Assembly (NCBI GenBank): GCA_905206365.1
Contig: CAJLHF010000003.1
Span: 2,589 to 66,588 of the forward strand
Direction: 5' to 3'
Origin: an uncultured Sutterella sp.
GTDB taxonomy: Bacteria > Pseudomonadota > Gammaproteobacteria > Burkholderiales > Burkholderiaceae_F
Length of the DNA stretch: 64,000 nucleotides
In this document: positions 47,126 through 60,499 of the stretch, one piece after another
How the letters are laid out: each line of letters starts with the position of its first letter
How positions within the stretch are numbered: the first letter of the stretch is position 1
Notes under the pieces: model-generated
What the model was told of the DNA's origin: nothing
The model's input: the letters and a program-made list of their open reading frames with translations, nothing else
The model's database searches: none
Made by a program: the position numbers and the translations under genes

Positions 47126-47881
47126 ATGATCACCATCCGCAATCTTGAGAAGCGCTACGACGAGCGCGCCGTCGTCGACGACGTTTCCGTGACGCTGCCC
47201 GCCGGTAAGGTCATCTCGATGATCGGCCCGAACGGGGCCGGCAAATCGACGGTCCTCGGCATGATCGCCCGGCTTGTCGCCCGGTCGGCGGGCGATATCG
47301 AATTCAAGGGACGCGACGTTTCCTCGTGGGAGAGCCGCGATCTCGCGCGCCACCTCGCGATCCTCACGCAGAGTTACGCCGTCACGATGAAACTCACCGT
47401 GCGCGAGCTCGTCGCCTTCGGGCGTTTCCCCCACAGCGGCACGCACCTCACGGCCGAAGATTGGGAAAAGGTCGACGAGGCGATCCGCTACATGGAGCTC
47501 GACCCCTTTGCCGAACGCTTCATCGACGAAATGTCGGGCGGGCAGCGTCAGCGTGCTTTCATCGCCATGGTGCTCGCGCAGGATACGGAGTACGTGCTCC
47601 TCGACGAGCCGACCAACAACCTCGACATCTACCACGCGACCCAGATGATGAAGCTCGTGCGGCGTCTCTGCGACGAGCTCGGAAAAACCGTCATCCTGGT
47701 GCTCCATGAAATCAACCTCGCCGCTTTCCACTCCGATTACATCTGCGCCTTCAAGGACGGGCGCGTCGCCGCCTTCGGCACGGTCGACGAAGTGATGACG
47801 AGCGAAACCCTCGAAACGATTTACGGCGTTCCCTTCGAAATCCACCGCATCGAAGGCCGCCCGCTCGCGATCTTCCACTGA
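47126..47881 (+). CDS. Iron-siderophore ABC transporter ATP-binding protein (FecE/FepC-like)
   Basis: 251 aa; Walker A GPNGAGKST, signature MSGGQRQRAFIAMVL, Walker B VLLDEPTNNLD. Confidence 0.9.
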   Translation: MITIRNLEKRYDERAVVDDVSVTLPAGKVISMIGPNGAGKSTVLGMIARLVARSAGDIEFKGRDVSSWESRDLARHLAILTQSYAVTMKLTVRELVAFGRFPHSGTHLTAEDWEKVDEAIRYMELDPFAERFIDEMSGGQRQRAFIAMVLAQDTEYVLLDEPTNNLDIYHATQMMKLVRRLCDELGKTVILVLHEINLAAFHSDYICAFKDGRVAAFGTVDEVMTSETLETIYGVPFEIHRIEGRPLAIFH

Positions 47882-47934
47882 CGATCGCCCGATTGCAGCC
47901 CGATTGACTCACGACTTTTCCAAGGAAATCCTCG

Positions 47935-48903
47935 ATGTTCCGACGTTCTCTTTTCTGCGGCGCCGCCGCCCTCTGCTTCTCGGCCGCTTTCGCGCTTCCC
48001 GCCATCTCCGCGCACGCGGCCGACACGGTGACGCTCGACACGCTCGACGGCCGCATGAAGGCCAAGACCGTTCGGGTCCCCGCCGACCCGAAGCGCATCG
48101 CCGTTCTTGACGCGGCGGTCCTTGACATGCTTGACAGTTGGAATCTGGGGGACCGCATCGTGTCGCTTCCGAAGACGACGACTATTCCGTTTCTTGCCAA
48201 GTACTTCGATCCGAAGAACGGCATCGCCAACGTCGGCACCCTGAAGGAAGTCAATATGGAAGCGCTCATGGCGAGCGAACCCGACGTGATTTTCATCAGC
48301 GGCCGCCTCGTGAAGAAGTACGACGAACTCTCCCGCATCGCTCCGGTGGTCTACATGACGACGGACCGCGAGGCGGGGACGCTCGAGAGCTTCCGCCGCA
48401 ACCTTACGAACGTCGCAAAACTTTTCGGCCGTGAAGCCGACGCGCAGGCGACCTATGAAAACTTCAAGGCTCGCGCCGAAGCGATCAAAAAGAAGACGGA
48501 AGGGAAGACCGCTTTGGTGGGGCTCGTGACGGCGAGTCACGTGAACCTCCTCGGCAACGCCGCCCGTTGCTCTTTGATCGGGAACGAATTCGGCTTTACG
48601 AACGTCGCCGAAAAGGCGAACGCCAACCACGGGAACGAGTCCTCCTTTGAACTTCTTCTGAAGCTCAACCCCGACTACTTTTTCGTGCTCGACCGCGACT
48701 CCGCGATCGGTCGTCCGGGTGCGAAGCTCGCGGCCGACGTTCTCAACAATGACATGGTGAACCGCATGAAGGCGAAGGCGGACGATCACATCGCCTACCT
48801 CACGCCCTCGGCCTGGTACCTCGCCGAAGGCGGCATTACCGCGATGGAAATCATGTTCACGGACGTCGAGCGCGAGCTTGGCATGGCGAAGGAGGCGATG
48901 TGA
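47935..48903 (+). CDS. Periplasmic iron-siderophore-binding protein (ABC class III substrate-binding protein), paralogue 1
   Basis: 322 aa; Sec signal ending AHA; FecB/CeuE-like bilobal binding-protein pattern (RIAVLDAAVLDMLDSW...DVIFISG). Confidence 0.85.
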   Translation: MFRRSLFCGAAALCFSAAFALPAISAHAADTVTLDTLDGRMKAKTVRVPADPKRIAVLDAAVLDMLDSWNLGDRIVSLPKTTTIPFLAKYFDPKNGIANVGTLKEVNMEALMASEPDVIFISGRLVKKYDELSRIAPVVYMTTDREAGTLESFRRNLTNVAKLFGREADAQATYENFKARAEAIKKKTEGKTALVGLVTASHVNLLGNAARCSLIGNEFGFTNVAEKANANHGNESSFELLLKLNPDYFFVLDRDSAIGRPGAKLAADVLNNDMVNRMKAKADDHIAYLTPSAWYLAEGGITAMEIMFTDVERELGMAKEAM

Positions 48904-49871
48904 TGGTGTTCCTCTCCCGTCGTACGCTCCTCGGAGCAACTTCCGCCGCCGCGTTCCTTGCGACCCTTCCCTTGGCGCGCACCGTGTCGGCCGAGGTCGT
49001 TGCAGCCGCCGTCCACGCCACGGCCCCGAAGGACCCGAAGCGCGTCGTCTGCATCGACTACGCAACGCTCGACATGATGCGTCTCTGGGGCGTTGAGAAC
49101 CGCATCGTCGGTGCGGCGGCCCTCTCGAGCGTGCCGTTCCTTGCGCCCTTGCCCGAGGGTCTTCCCGTGACAGGCGGCCTCAAGGACGCGAACCTCGAAG
49201 CGATTGCGGCTCTGAAGCCCGATCTCATCGTCATCACGGGGCGCCTCGCGCGTCGCGAAAAGGAGATCGGTTCGGTGGCGCCCGTTCTTCTCGTCACGCC
49301 CGATCAGCGGAACGGGGCGCTCGCGAGCTACGGCACGAACCTCCTCACGGTCGCGAGCCTCTTCGGAAAGACGGACGCCGCGAACGCCCTGATCGACGAG
49401 GCGAAAGCCCGTGTTGCGGCGATTCGCGGGCGCGCGGCCGGAAAGAGCGCCGCCGTCCTCATGGTGAACGAAGGCCGCATCGGGATGCTAGCGCCTCAGG
49501 GCCGCTGCTCGATGATTTCGGCCGAAATGGGTTTTGCGAACGTCGTTCCGCCCCGCAAGGGGCCGGCTCCCAAGAAGGACGGTTCGAAGTCCGATGCGGA
49601 AGCGTTAGCGAACGCAAACCGCAAGACGCTTGAAGACCTGAAGCGCCTCCATCCCGAGTACGTCTTCGTCCTCAACAAGGACATCGCGGTCGGGCGCAAG
49701 CCCGCGACCGACTACCGGGCGATCTTCGGTGCGGACTGGGATCAGCTGCCCGCCGTCAAGGCGGGTCGCGCCTTCGAACTCTCACACGCGGCCTGGTATC
49801 TCGGCGAAGGCGGTCCGACGGCGATGAACCTCATGCTCGCTGACGTCGAAAAGGCGGTCGGGATCAAGTGA
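48900..49871 (+). CDS. Periplasmic iron-siderophore-binding protein, paralogue 2 (Tat-like signal)
   Basis: 323 aa; start overlaps the upstream stop (ATGTGATGG); RRTLLGATSAAAFLATLPLA signal; homologous to paralogue 1 (~30% identity by eye). Confidence 0.8.
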   Translation: MMVFLSRRTLLGATSAAAFLATLPLARTVSAEVVAAAVHATAPKDPKRVVCIDYATLDMMRLWGVENRIVGAAALSSVPFLAPLPEGLPVTGGLKDANLEAIAALKPDLIVITGRLARREKEIGSVAPVLLVTPDQRNGALASYGTNLLTVASLFGKTDAANALIDEAKARVAAIRGRAAGKSAAVLMVNEGRIGMLAPQGRCSMISAEMGFANVVPPRKGPAPKKDGSKSDAEALANANRKTLEDLKRLHPEYVFVLNKDIAVGRKPATDYRAIFGADWDQLPAVKAGRAFELSHAAWYLGEGGPTAMNLMLADVEKAVGIK

Positions 49872-49920
49872 TCTGTTGAGTCGTGGATTATCGATTCCGA
49901 CAGCGGGAATCCCGAAACCG

Positions 49921-49965
49921 AAAAAGCCGTGCATCCCTTGCAGTGCTTGGGATGCGCGGCTTTTC
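49921..49965. terminator. Bidirectional terminator after the siderophore ABC operon
   Basis: A5-GCCGTGCATCCC-loop-GGATGCGCGGC-T4 hairpin (one G-U pair). Confidence 0.55.
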
Positions 49966-50142
49966 GACGTTTTCGGCCTGTAGTTAAAGAAGGTCCTTCG
50001 AGTACGACCCAAAGACCGATTTTCCGGGGCCCCCGACACCCGTCCGACGAACGGCTACAATGTCGCCCGTTCCCGAAGGAGGTGTGCGACGTGCCGTCGA
50101 CCACCTCCGTTCTTTTTTAACGTTTTCAAGGACTTTCCCCCC

Positions 50143-53100
50143 GTGCGTCTTCGCCAGATCAAGCTCTCGGGCTTCAAAAGCTTTGCCGATCCGACGTTGA
50201 TCGAACTCAACGACCCCTTCGTCGGGGTGGTGGGGCCGAACGGTTGCGGAAAGTCGAACGTAATCGATGCCGTGCGTTGGGTGCTCGGCGAAGGGCGTGC
50301 GAGCGAATTGCGCGGCCTCGGGATGACGGACCTGATTTTCGCGGGCTCGTCGGGCCGCGCCCCGATGGGGCGCGCGAGCGTTGAGCTCGTCTTGGAAAAC
50401 GACGACGGGCGCGTTAAGGGCCCGTGGAGTGCATACGCCGAACTCTCGATCAAGCGCGTCGTCACCGCCGAAGGCGAATCGGGCTACTTCATCAACCATC
50501 AGCAGGTACGCCGCCGCGACGTGCAGGAAATCTTCCTCGGCACGGGTCTCGGCCCCAAAAGCTATGCGATCATCTCGCAGGGGATGATTTCGAACTTCAT
50601 TCGCGCCAAGCCCGAGGAGCTGCGCGTCTACCTTGAAGAAGCGGCGGGCGTGTCGCTCTATAAAGAAAGGCGTCGCGAAACGGAGTCGCTCCTGCGCTCC
50701 ACGCTCGAAAACATCGAGCGCGCCGAAGACCTTCAAACCGTGCGCGGTGAAGAAATCGCGCGCCTCAAGGAAGACGCGGGGCGCGCCGCGCGCTGGAAGG
50801 AACTCACCGACCGTCGCACCGAGTCCGAGGGGCTCCTTTACTTTCTTCAGTACGAAGACGCGAAAAACGAATTGGAGCGCGTGCGAACCGAGGGTTTGGC
50901 GACGGTCGCGACCCTTCAGGAAAAGCGCGCCGCCTACGACGAAAGCACGGCCGAGCACGAGGGTCTTGCCAAGCGCGCGACCGCCGCCGAACACGCGCTC
51001 TCGGCCGCGGAGGTCGACGAACGCCGCGTCGAGCGTGAGCTCGCACGCCTCGAAGGGGAAGCCAAGCGCTCCATGGAGCGTCGCGCCGAAGCGGAGCGTC
51101 ACCTCGCATCCGCAACCGCCACGCTCGAAGCGAAAAAAGCGCGCCTTGCGGCCGAAAACGAGCAACTTTCCGCCGACCGCGAAAGTCGGGCGGCGCTGAC
51201 GGATGCCCGCGACGAAGCGGATGCCCTGGAAGCCGAAGCCGCGGAGCGCCTCGAGGCGGCGGAAATCGAACTCGAAACGGCCGAGGAGGGACGCCGCCAA
51301 ACGCGCGAGGCGCTTGAAGCGCTTCGTCGTCGCACGTCGGTCGACGAAGCCGCGCTCGGGCACGAACGCAATCGCTTGGCCGAAATCGAACGGAACCGCT
51401 CGAAAACCGAAGCGGACCGCGCGGCCGCCGAAGCGTCGCGTCCCGACGAAAAGGAAACGGCGCGGCTGCGCGACGACGTCGACGAAGCGGAAGCTGCGGC
51501 GGAAGACTGCGCCGAGCGGCTTGAAGCCGCCGAAACGCGGCTCGAAGAAACCCGGAGTCTTGCGGACGAAGCGGACAAGGCGTATTTCGCACTCCTTGCG
51601 GATCTCAAAGCCAAAGGGTCGCGCCTTTCGGCCCTTCAGGAAGTACAGGCGGGAGCCGAGCAACAGGCCGCCTTTTCCGAGTGGCTCGAAGCTCGGGGTC
51701 TCACGGGAATTCCCGCCTTTTTGGACGAAGCCCTCGTGGAGGAGGGCGCTCTCACGGCGCTCGAAGCCGTGTTGGGCGCGCGCGTGCGCACGTTGCTCTT
51801 GCGGGACCTTCGGGCAGCTTCAGGGTTTGAAAGCGAACGCCCTCCCGCGCTTTTGAGTTTTGCGGCCCCCGTTCCGGGGGAATCGGTGTCGGAAACTTCT
51901 TCGGGGGCGCTTTCCGAGGCGCTTCTCAAGCTCGGAGAGCAGTGTGCGCTCCGCCCCTTGGCGGACGTCGTCACGAGTGCTCACCCGGCCGTTGCGGCCG
52001 CCGTGCGAGATTGGTGCGCGGGCGTGGGGCTCGTGGAGTCGCTTGCGGAAGCGATGCGCGTTCGGGAGTCGATCCCCGAAGGCGTCGTACTCGTCACCCC
52101 CAAGGGTGACATCGTCGGGCGTGCAAGCATCACGTTTTTCGCGTCCGACGCTCCCGAGAATTCGCTTCTCGCACGCGCCCAGGAAATCCGTCGTTTGACG
52201 GACGAAATCGAAGCAGCCGAGGTGGAACTGGGCCGATCGGACGACCGTCGACAAAAGGCCGCGGCCCGTGCGACGGACGCCAAGCGCGCGGTCGACGACG
52301 CGCGTCGCGGGGTATCGGAAGCCGAACGAACGCTTTCCGCCTTGAAACTCGAACTCAAAGACCGCGAAGCGGCTGCGGCCGCCTGGCGTCGTCGCGACGA
52401 AGATTTGCGCCGAAGCAGCGAAGAACTCGAAGCCGAACGCGCGGAGCGCGCTCTGGAGATCGAATCGATTCTGGAGCGACTCGAATCGGGGGCGGAGGCG
52501 CTCGAAAACGCCGAACGGGCCGATGCGACCGCCGCCGCCCGCGAAACCGCCGCCCGTGCGAATTCCGTGCGCTTGGCGCGTGAAGCGGCCGACGCACGCG
52601 AACGCGTGTCGATTCTCGGGTTGAAAGCCAGGCAGCTTCAAGACGCGGACCTCGCGCGCACGCGCACGATCAAGGATCTGACGGACGACATCGAGCGCGA
52701 ACGTCTGCGCGTCGAAGCCGCCCGTCGCACGATCGACGAGACGGATCGCGAAGAGCTTGATGCCGGAACGCGCGCCCTCGTCGAAGAGCTCGAACGGTTG
52801 CGTCGCACAAGCGCCGAAGCGCGCAACGCGCTCGAAGTCGCTCGCGCCACGCTTTCCGCCAACGAAGCCGTGAGTCGGGAGTTACAGGGCGCGATGTTGC
52901 CGCTGACGGAAGCAATCGGCACCTTGAAGCTTGCCGAAGGCGAAAAGAAGGCTTTGCTCGAGCAGTATTCGCAGCGCATGGACGAAGTGGGCGCTGACTG
53001 GACGCGCATGTCGGTGGTCGCGCAAACGCGCGGCGTCAAAATCGGCACCGTCCGAAACGAAGTCTCTCGCTTGACGGGCGAAATCGCCGCGCTCGGGCCC

Positions 53101-53754
53101 GTCAACCATGCGGCCCTGTTGCAGCTTGAAGAAGCGGAAAAAGTTTTCGAAGCGACGCGCCTTCAGATCGAAGACCTCCGTACGGCCGCGGACACGTTGG
53201 AATCCGCCATTCGTACGATCGACGCGGATACGCGAAGCCGCATGAGGGAGACCTTCGAGCGCGTGAACGCTTACTTCAAAGAGACCTTCACGGGGCTTTT
53301 CGGGGGCGGGCACGCCGAACTTACGATGACCGGTGACGAAATCCTCGCCTCGGGGATCGACGTCACGGCGCAGCCTCCGGGGAAGAAAAACGCCTCCGTT
53401 CGATCGCTCTCCGGGGGCGAGCAGGCGCTCACCGCCACGGCGCTTGTTTTTGCCATGTTCAAACTCAATCCCGCGCCCTTCTGCCTGCTTGACGAAGTGG
53501 ACGCGCCGCTCGACGAAGCGAACCAGGCGCGATTGGCGGGCCTTTGCCTCAAGATGTCGGAGTCGACGCAATTCCTCATGATCACGCACCACCGCGTGAC
53601 GATGGAATTCACTCGGGCCCTGATCGGCGTCACGATGCGCGAGCCCGGGGTGAGCCGCGTCGTGAGCGTCGACCTGGACGAGGCCGTGCGAATCGCCGAG
53701 TCGGCTTCGGGAGATCGTGCGTCGGGCGACGCGGCCCCCGCGACGGTCGGGTAA
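50143..53754 (+). CDS. smc: Chromosome segregation protein SMC
   Basis: 1203 aa; N-terminal Walker A (GPNGCGKSN), long coiled coils, hinge, C-terminal signature LSGGEQALTA and Walker B; GTG start. Confidence 0.9.
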   Translation: MRLRQIKLSGFKSFADPTLIELNDPFVGVVGPNGCGKSNVIDAVRWVLGEGRASELRGLGMTDLIFAGSSGRAPMGRASVELVLENDDGRVKGPWSAYAELSIKRVVTAEGESGYFINHQQVRRRDVQEIFLGTGLGPKSYAIISQGMISNFIRAKPEELRVYLEEAAGVSLYKERRRETESLLRSTLENIERAEDLQTVRGEEIARLKEDAGRAARWKELTDRRTESEGLLYFLQYEDAKNELERVRTEGLATVATLQEKRAAYDESTAEHEGLAKRATAAEHALSAAEVDERRVERELARLEGEAKRSMERRAEAERHLASATATLEAKKARLAAENEQLSADRESRAALTDARDEADALEAEAAERLEAAEIELETAEEGRRQTREALEALRRRTSVDEAALGHERNRLAEIERNRSKTEADRAAAEASRPDEKETARLRDDVDEAEAAAEDCAERLEAAETRLEETRSLADEADKAYFALLADLKAKGSRLSALQEVQAGAEQQAAFSEWLEARGLTGIPAFLDEALVEEGALTALEAVLGARVRTLLLRDLRAASGFESERPPALLSFAAPVPGESVSETSSGALSEALLKLGEQCALRPLADVVTSAHPAVAAAVRDWCAGVGLVESLAEAMRVRESIPEGVVLVTPKGDIVGRASITFFASDAPENSLLARAQEIRRLTDEIEAAEVELGRSDDRRQKAAARATDAKRAVDDARRGVSEAERTLSALKLELKDREAAAAAWRRRDEDLRRSSEELEAERAERALEIESILERLESGAEALENAERADATAAARETAARANSVRLAREAADARERVSILGLKARQLQDADLARTRTIKDLTDDIERERLRVEAARRTIDETDREELDAGTRALVEELERLRRTSAEARNALEVARATLSANEAVSRELQGAMLPLTEAIGTLKLAEGEKKALLEQYSQRMDEVGADWTRMSVVAQTRGVKIGTVRNEVSRLTGEIAALGPVNHAALLQLEEAEKVFEATRLQIEDLRTAADTLESAIRTIDADTRSRMRETFERVNAYFKETFTGLFGGGHAELTMTGDEILASGIDVTAQPPGKKNASVRSLSGGEQALTATALVFAMFKLNPAPFCLLDEVDAPLDEANQARLAGLCLKMSESTQFLMITHHRVTMEFTRALIGVTMREPGVSRVVSVDLDEAVRIAESASGDRASGDAAPATVG

Positions 53755-53987
53755 AACCCACAAACAAACCGCCGAGTGAGCCCACGGCTTCGGTCGTTGG
53801 GGGAAATCGGCGCTTTGAATTGATTGGTGGCACATGTGATCTTCTGTCCGAAGTACCGTTGTCCAGTCCTTGTGGACGAGGAGCTACTTCATCTGCACGG
53901 TGGGATACATCGGCGAAGAAGCGTCAAGCTCCATATCGAAGAACAAAAGGGGAGCTGACGTGGTAAAAACCGATCCCGACTGGCGTC

Positions 53988-54483
53988 ATGCTGCTTGCCG
54001 GTACGGCGAGTTTCATGCAAAAAAAGAATAAGACGGCCGAGGAAAAGGCCGAACTTGAGCTTGTTAAGACCACTTAGAGGAATCTGAAGCTCAAGTACCG
54101 CCTGACGGAGTATCAGTTTCACGAGGAAGTGGCCAAGATGCGCTCGCACTTCGGCAATCCGATTTCCATCAACGAAGCTCAGAAAGCGGCAACGGCGGCC
54201 TTCCGCGCATTTGAGCGGCGAGGCGCACCGCCTGAACAACAAGCCCCGCGGAACTCCCGTTACGATTGAGAACAAGTCAAACTCTTTCGGTTTTCGAGAA
54301 AAAGACGGCAAGCTCCTCGGGTTGAACGGATTCACGGCGAAGTTCCGAATTGCCCCGGACGACCTGCTGCTTCAGGTCTCCTTTGCGGATCGCGCGAAGT
54401 ACGTCTGCATCTTCCGCCGTGAAATATCAGAGGTTCTCGTCAGTCTATTGGGGCAGATTCCGCACCCTTCGGGATGCGGATAA
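53988..54483 (+). pseudogene. Candidate disrupted ORF (in-frame amber stop plus a frameshift) of unknown function in a low-GC gap between smc and zipA
   Basis: Frame 0: MLLAGTASFMQKKNKTAEEKAELELVKTT-TAG(54075)-RNLKLKYRLTEYQFHEEVAKMRSHFGNPISINEAQKAATAAFRAFERRG...TGA(54267). It continues in frame +1 as ORF 54211..54483 (...VTIENKSNSFGFREKDGKLLGLNGFTAKFRIAPDDLLLQVSFADRAKYVCIFRR...). The text is protein-like, local GC (~52%) is far below the window mean, and no intact long ORF is present. Confidence 0.3.
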
Positions 54484-54762
54484 GGTCTCACCCGGCCGCA
54501 AGGTACGGGCTTGTTGGAAAGCGGGAACTTCGGGACCTTTCGGCTTCGGTCGAAAGAGCCCCGCGACTTTAGTCGTCGGGAGTAATCAGTCACAAATTAC
54601 CGGAGCTCCTGTGCCACGGCCCCGTTCATCGGCGAACGCGCGGGTTACAATGCAACAACGCAAACCCCGCGGTTTTCGCCGCACACGGGCGGCCCGACGC
54701 GCTACGGCGTCGGTGTCGCGGATCGTCTTCCAACGCACATCAATTCTTCGCTTCCGAGCATC

Positions 54763-58331
<3,569 letters not shown>

Positions 58332-58421
58332 GATCGAACGTCCGCTCCCGAATCACCGCTTTCCTCGTTGCCCTTTTTCAGACGCCCCCGGTTTTCTCGG
58401 GGGGCGAAGGATTTCAGTCCC

Positions 58422-59189
58422 ATGTATGCGCTTATCGGCGGATCGGGGTTCACGTCGAACGATGTCGTGACCGACCGCGAAGAAATCGAAATGACCACCC
58501 CGTACGGCATCCCCTCGGCGCCGCTCGTCTTCGGGCGCCTCGGCGGCACGCCGATCGTCTTTCTGCGCCGGCACGGCGTGAACCATCAGTTCGCTCCCCA
58601 TCGCGTGCCCTCGCGCGCGAACCTCTGGGCCCTGAAGCAGGCCGGAGTCGAGGGGGTCATTGCGGTCGCCACCGTGGGCGGTATCGCCGCCGACATGGGG
58701 CCGGGCGGGATTGCGCTTCCCGATCAGCTGATCGACTACACCTGGGGCCGCGAAGCGACCTACTACGACACGCCGGAAGCGGGCGTGAAGCACGTCGACA
58801 TGACGCACCCCTTCGATCGCACGCTCTCGGCGGGTCTTGCGGCCGCGGCGACACGCATCGGGCGCACGGTGCGTACGGGCGGCGTCTATGCCGCCACTCA
58901 GGGGCCGCGCCTTGAAACGGCGGCCGAAGTCGAGCGCTATCGTCGCGACGGGGCCGACATGATCGGCATGACCGTGTATCCGGAATGCGCGCTCGCGCGC
59001 GAGTTGGGGCTCGCGTACGCTCCCGTCTGCGTCTCGGTGAATCACGCGGCGGGAATCGGTACCTCGAACGAAGGGATCGACTTCGAGGCGCTCAAGGACA
59101 CGGTTGCCGAAGCCGTGGTTTCGGTGGTAGACATCGCGAAGGCGTTCGTGGCGTTCGAAGCTCTCAAGACGCCTGCCGCCGAGCGATAA
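58422..59189 (+). CDS. mtnP: S-methyl-5-prime-thioadenosine phosphorylase (PNP family 2)
   Basis: 255 aa from internal ATG (MYALIGGSGF...); PNP/MTAP-family motifs (TPYG, RRHGVNHQFAPHRVPSRANLWALK, GMTVYPECALARELG). Confidence 0.8.
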   Translation: MYALIGGSGFTSNDVVTDREEIEMTTPYGIPSAPLVFGRLGGTPIVFLRRHGVNHQFAPHRVPSRANLWALKQAGVEGVIAVATVGGIAADMGPGGIALPDQLIDYTWGREATYYDTPEAGVKHVDMTHPFDRTLSAGLAAAATRIGRTVRTGGVYAATQGPRLETAAEVERYRRDGADMIGMTVYPECALARELGLAYAPVCVSVNHAAGIGTSNEGIDFEALKDTVAEAVVSVVDIAKAFVAFEALKTPAAER

Positions 59190-59206
59190 CGAAAAGGAAC
59201 GTCTCC

Positions 59207-59725
59207 GTGCAGCGTCCCGTTCTTCGAATGGGGGATCCGAACCTCGTCACGGCCTCGGTTCCGGTTCGCGAATTCGGCACGACCGAATTGCGCCGACTTG
59301 CGGGCGATCTTTGGGACACCATGGATCGCGAAGGTGGCTGCGGCCTTGCCGCTCCTCAGATCGGCGTCAACCTTCGCGTGATCTGCTTCGGGTTCAAATC
59401 CAAAAATCCATTGTGCGAAGGGCGTTCGATTCCGCAGACCGTGCTTGTCAACCCCGTGATCGAGCCGATCGGGGAGGAAACGGAAGAAGACTGGGAAGGG
59501 TGTCTGTCGCTTCCCGGTTTGCGGGGCGTCGTGCGCCGCGCAAAGAAAATCCGCTACAGGGGATTCGACATCGAGGGGAACCCGATCGAGCGGACGGCCG
59601 CCGGCATGCACGCGAGGGTCGTGCAGCACGAAACGGATCACCTCGACGGGATCCTCTACGTGATGCGGGTCGAAGACTGGACGAAGTTCGGCTTCCGAAA
59701 GGAAATCGAAAAGAACGAAGGCTGA
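59207..59725 (+). CDS. def: Peptide deformylase
   Basis: 172 aa from GTG with AAGGA RBS; the three PDF motifs GCGLAAPQIG, EGCLSLPG, HETDHLDG; the upstream 74 codons of ORF 58985..59725 are not coding. Confidence 0.9.
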   Translation: MQRPVLRMGDPNLVTASVPVREFGTTELRRLAGDLWDTMDREGGCGLAAPQIGVNLRVICFGFKSKNPLCEGRSIPQTVLVNPVIEPIGEETEEDWEGCLSLPGLRGVVRRAKKIRYRGFDIEGNPIERTAAGMHARVVQHETDHLDGILYVMRVEDWTKFGFRKEIEKNEG

Positions 59726-59762
59726 GCGGCCGGACTTCCGGATCCCGAACGTCCCCGAAACG

Positions 59763-59805
59763 AAAACGCCCCGTCGCGTGCAACGCGAGGGGCGTTTTGT
59801 TTTTC
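59763..59805. terminator. Bidirectional terminator between def (+) and the GntR gene (-)
   Basis: AAAACGCCCCGTCGCG-tgca-ACGCGAGGGGCGTTTTGTTTTT: GC stem with one bulge, flanked by A and T tracts. Confidence 0.55.
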
Positions 59806-59821
59806 ATTCGACGAAAGGAAA

Positions 59822-60499
59822 TCAAGCCTGCAGCATGTCGACCTGTTCGCGCAGGTGTTCGCGCAGGAGTTCCTTCGCGAGGTCTTCTTCGCCGCGTTTG
59901 ATGGCCTGGAGGAGTTCGCGCTCCTGACGGGCGATGTTGAGGAAGAATTCCGGATTGTTCTGCGGAAGGGTCGAGGTCGTCTTTTCGAAGTACGTGACGA
60001 GCGCGGCCGAGAAGACCTGGAGGACGCGGTTCCCGCAAGCTTCAAGGAGCAACAGGTGAAATTCGCGGTCCCAACGGTCCGCTTCCTGCGTGTTTGCGGC
60101 GTTCGCTTCGATGCGGTTGATTGCTTCGTCGAGTCGCCCGAGCAGTGCGGGTGTCACGCGACGGATCGCGAGCGGAATGATGTCGACTTCGATCAGGAGG
60201 CGCGCTTCGATGAATTCGCGGATGTCGAAGTTGGCGATGTCCATCTGAACCTGAATCTGCGCGGAGAGGTTCTTCGGGCCGAGATTGTTGACGGTCATGC
60301 CGCGCTTCGGCGCGCGGTCGACGACGCCCATCTGAGAGAGAACGCTCAATGCCTTGCGAATCTTGTAGCGCGTCACGCCGAAGCGGGTGGCGAGTTCCGT
60401 TTCGGTATCGATGCGTCCGCCCGACTTGGCCTGGCGGAGAATGTGTTGATGAATCGCGCGAAAGAGCGCTTCTTCATCGACCAACGTGTCTTTTGTCAA
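59822..60499 (-). CDS. GntR-family transcriptional regulator (FadR/FCD subfamily)
   Basis: 225 aa; N-terminal wHTH (ETELATRFGVTRYKIRKALSVLSQMGVV) and FCD ligand-binding domain; apparent TTG start (no in-frame ATG at the 5-prime end). Confidence 0.85.
   Translation of the reverse strand: MTKDTLVDEEALFRAIHQHILRQAKSGGRIDTETELATRFGVTRYKIRKALSVLSQMGVVDRAPKRGMTVNNLGPKNLSAQIQVQMDIANFDIREFIEARLLIEVDIIPLAIRRVTPALLGRLDEAINRIEANAANTQEADRWDREFHLLLLEACGNRVLQVFSAALVTYFEKTTSTLPQNNPEFFLNIARQERELLQAIKRGEEDLAKELLREHLREQVDMLQA

Noticed and set aside
53889-54335. 148-aa minus-strand ORF in the smc-zipA gap
   Set aside because: It is Arg/Cys/Leu-rich junk-like sequence. The plus-strand frames in the same region read as far more protein-like.
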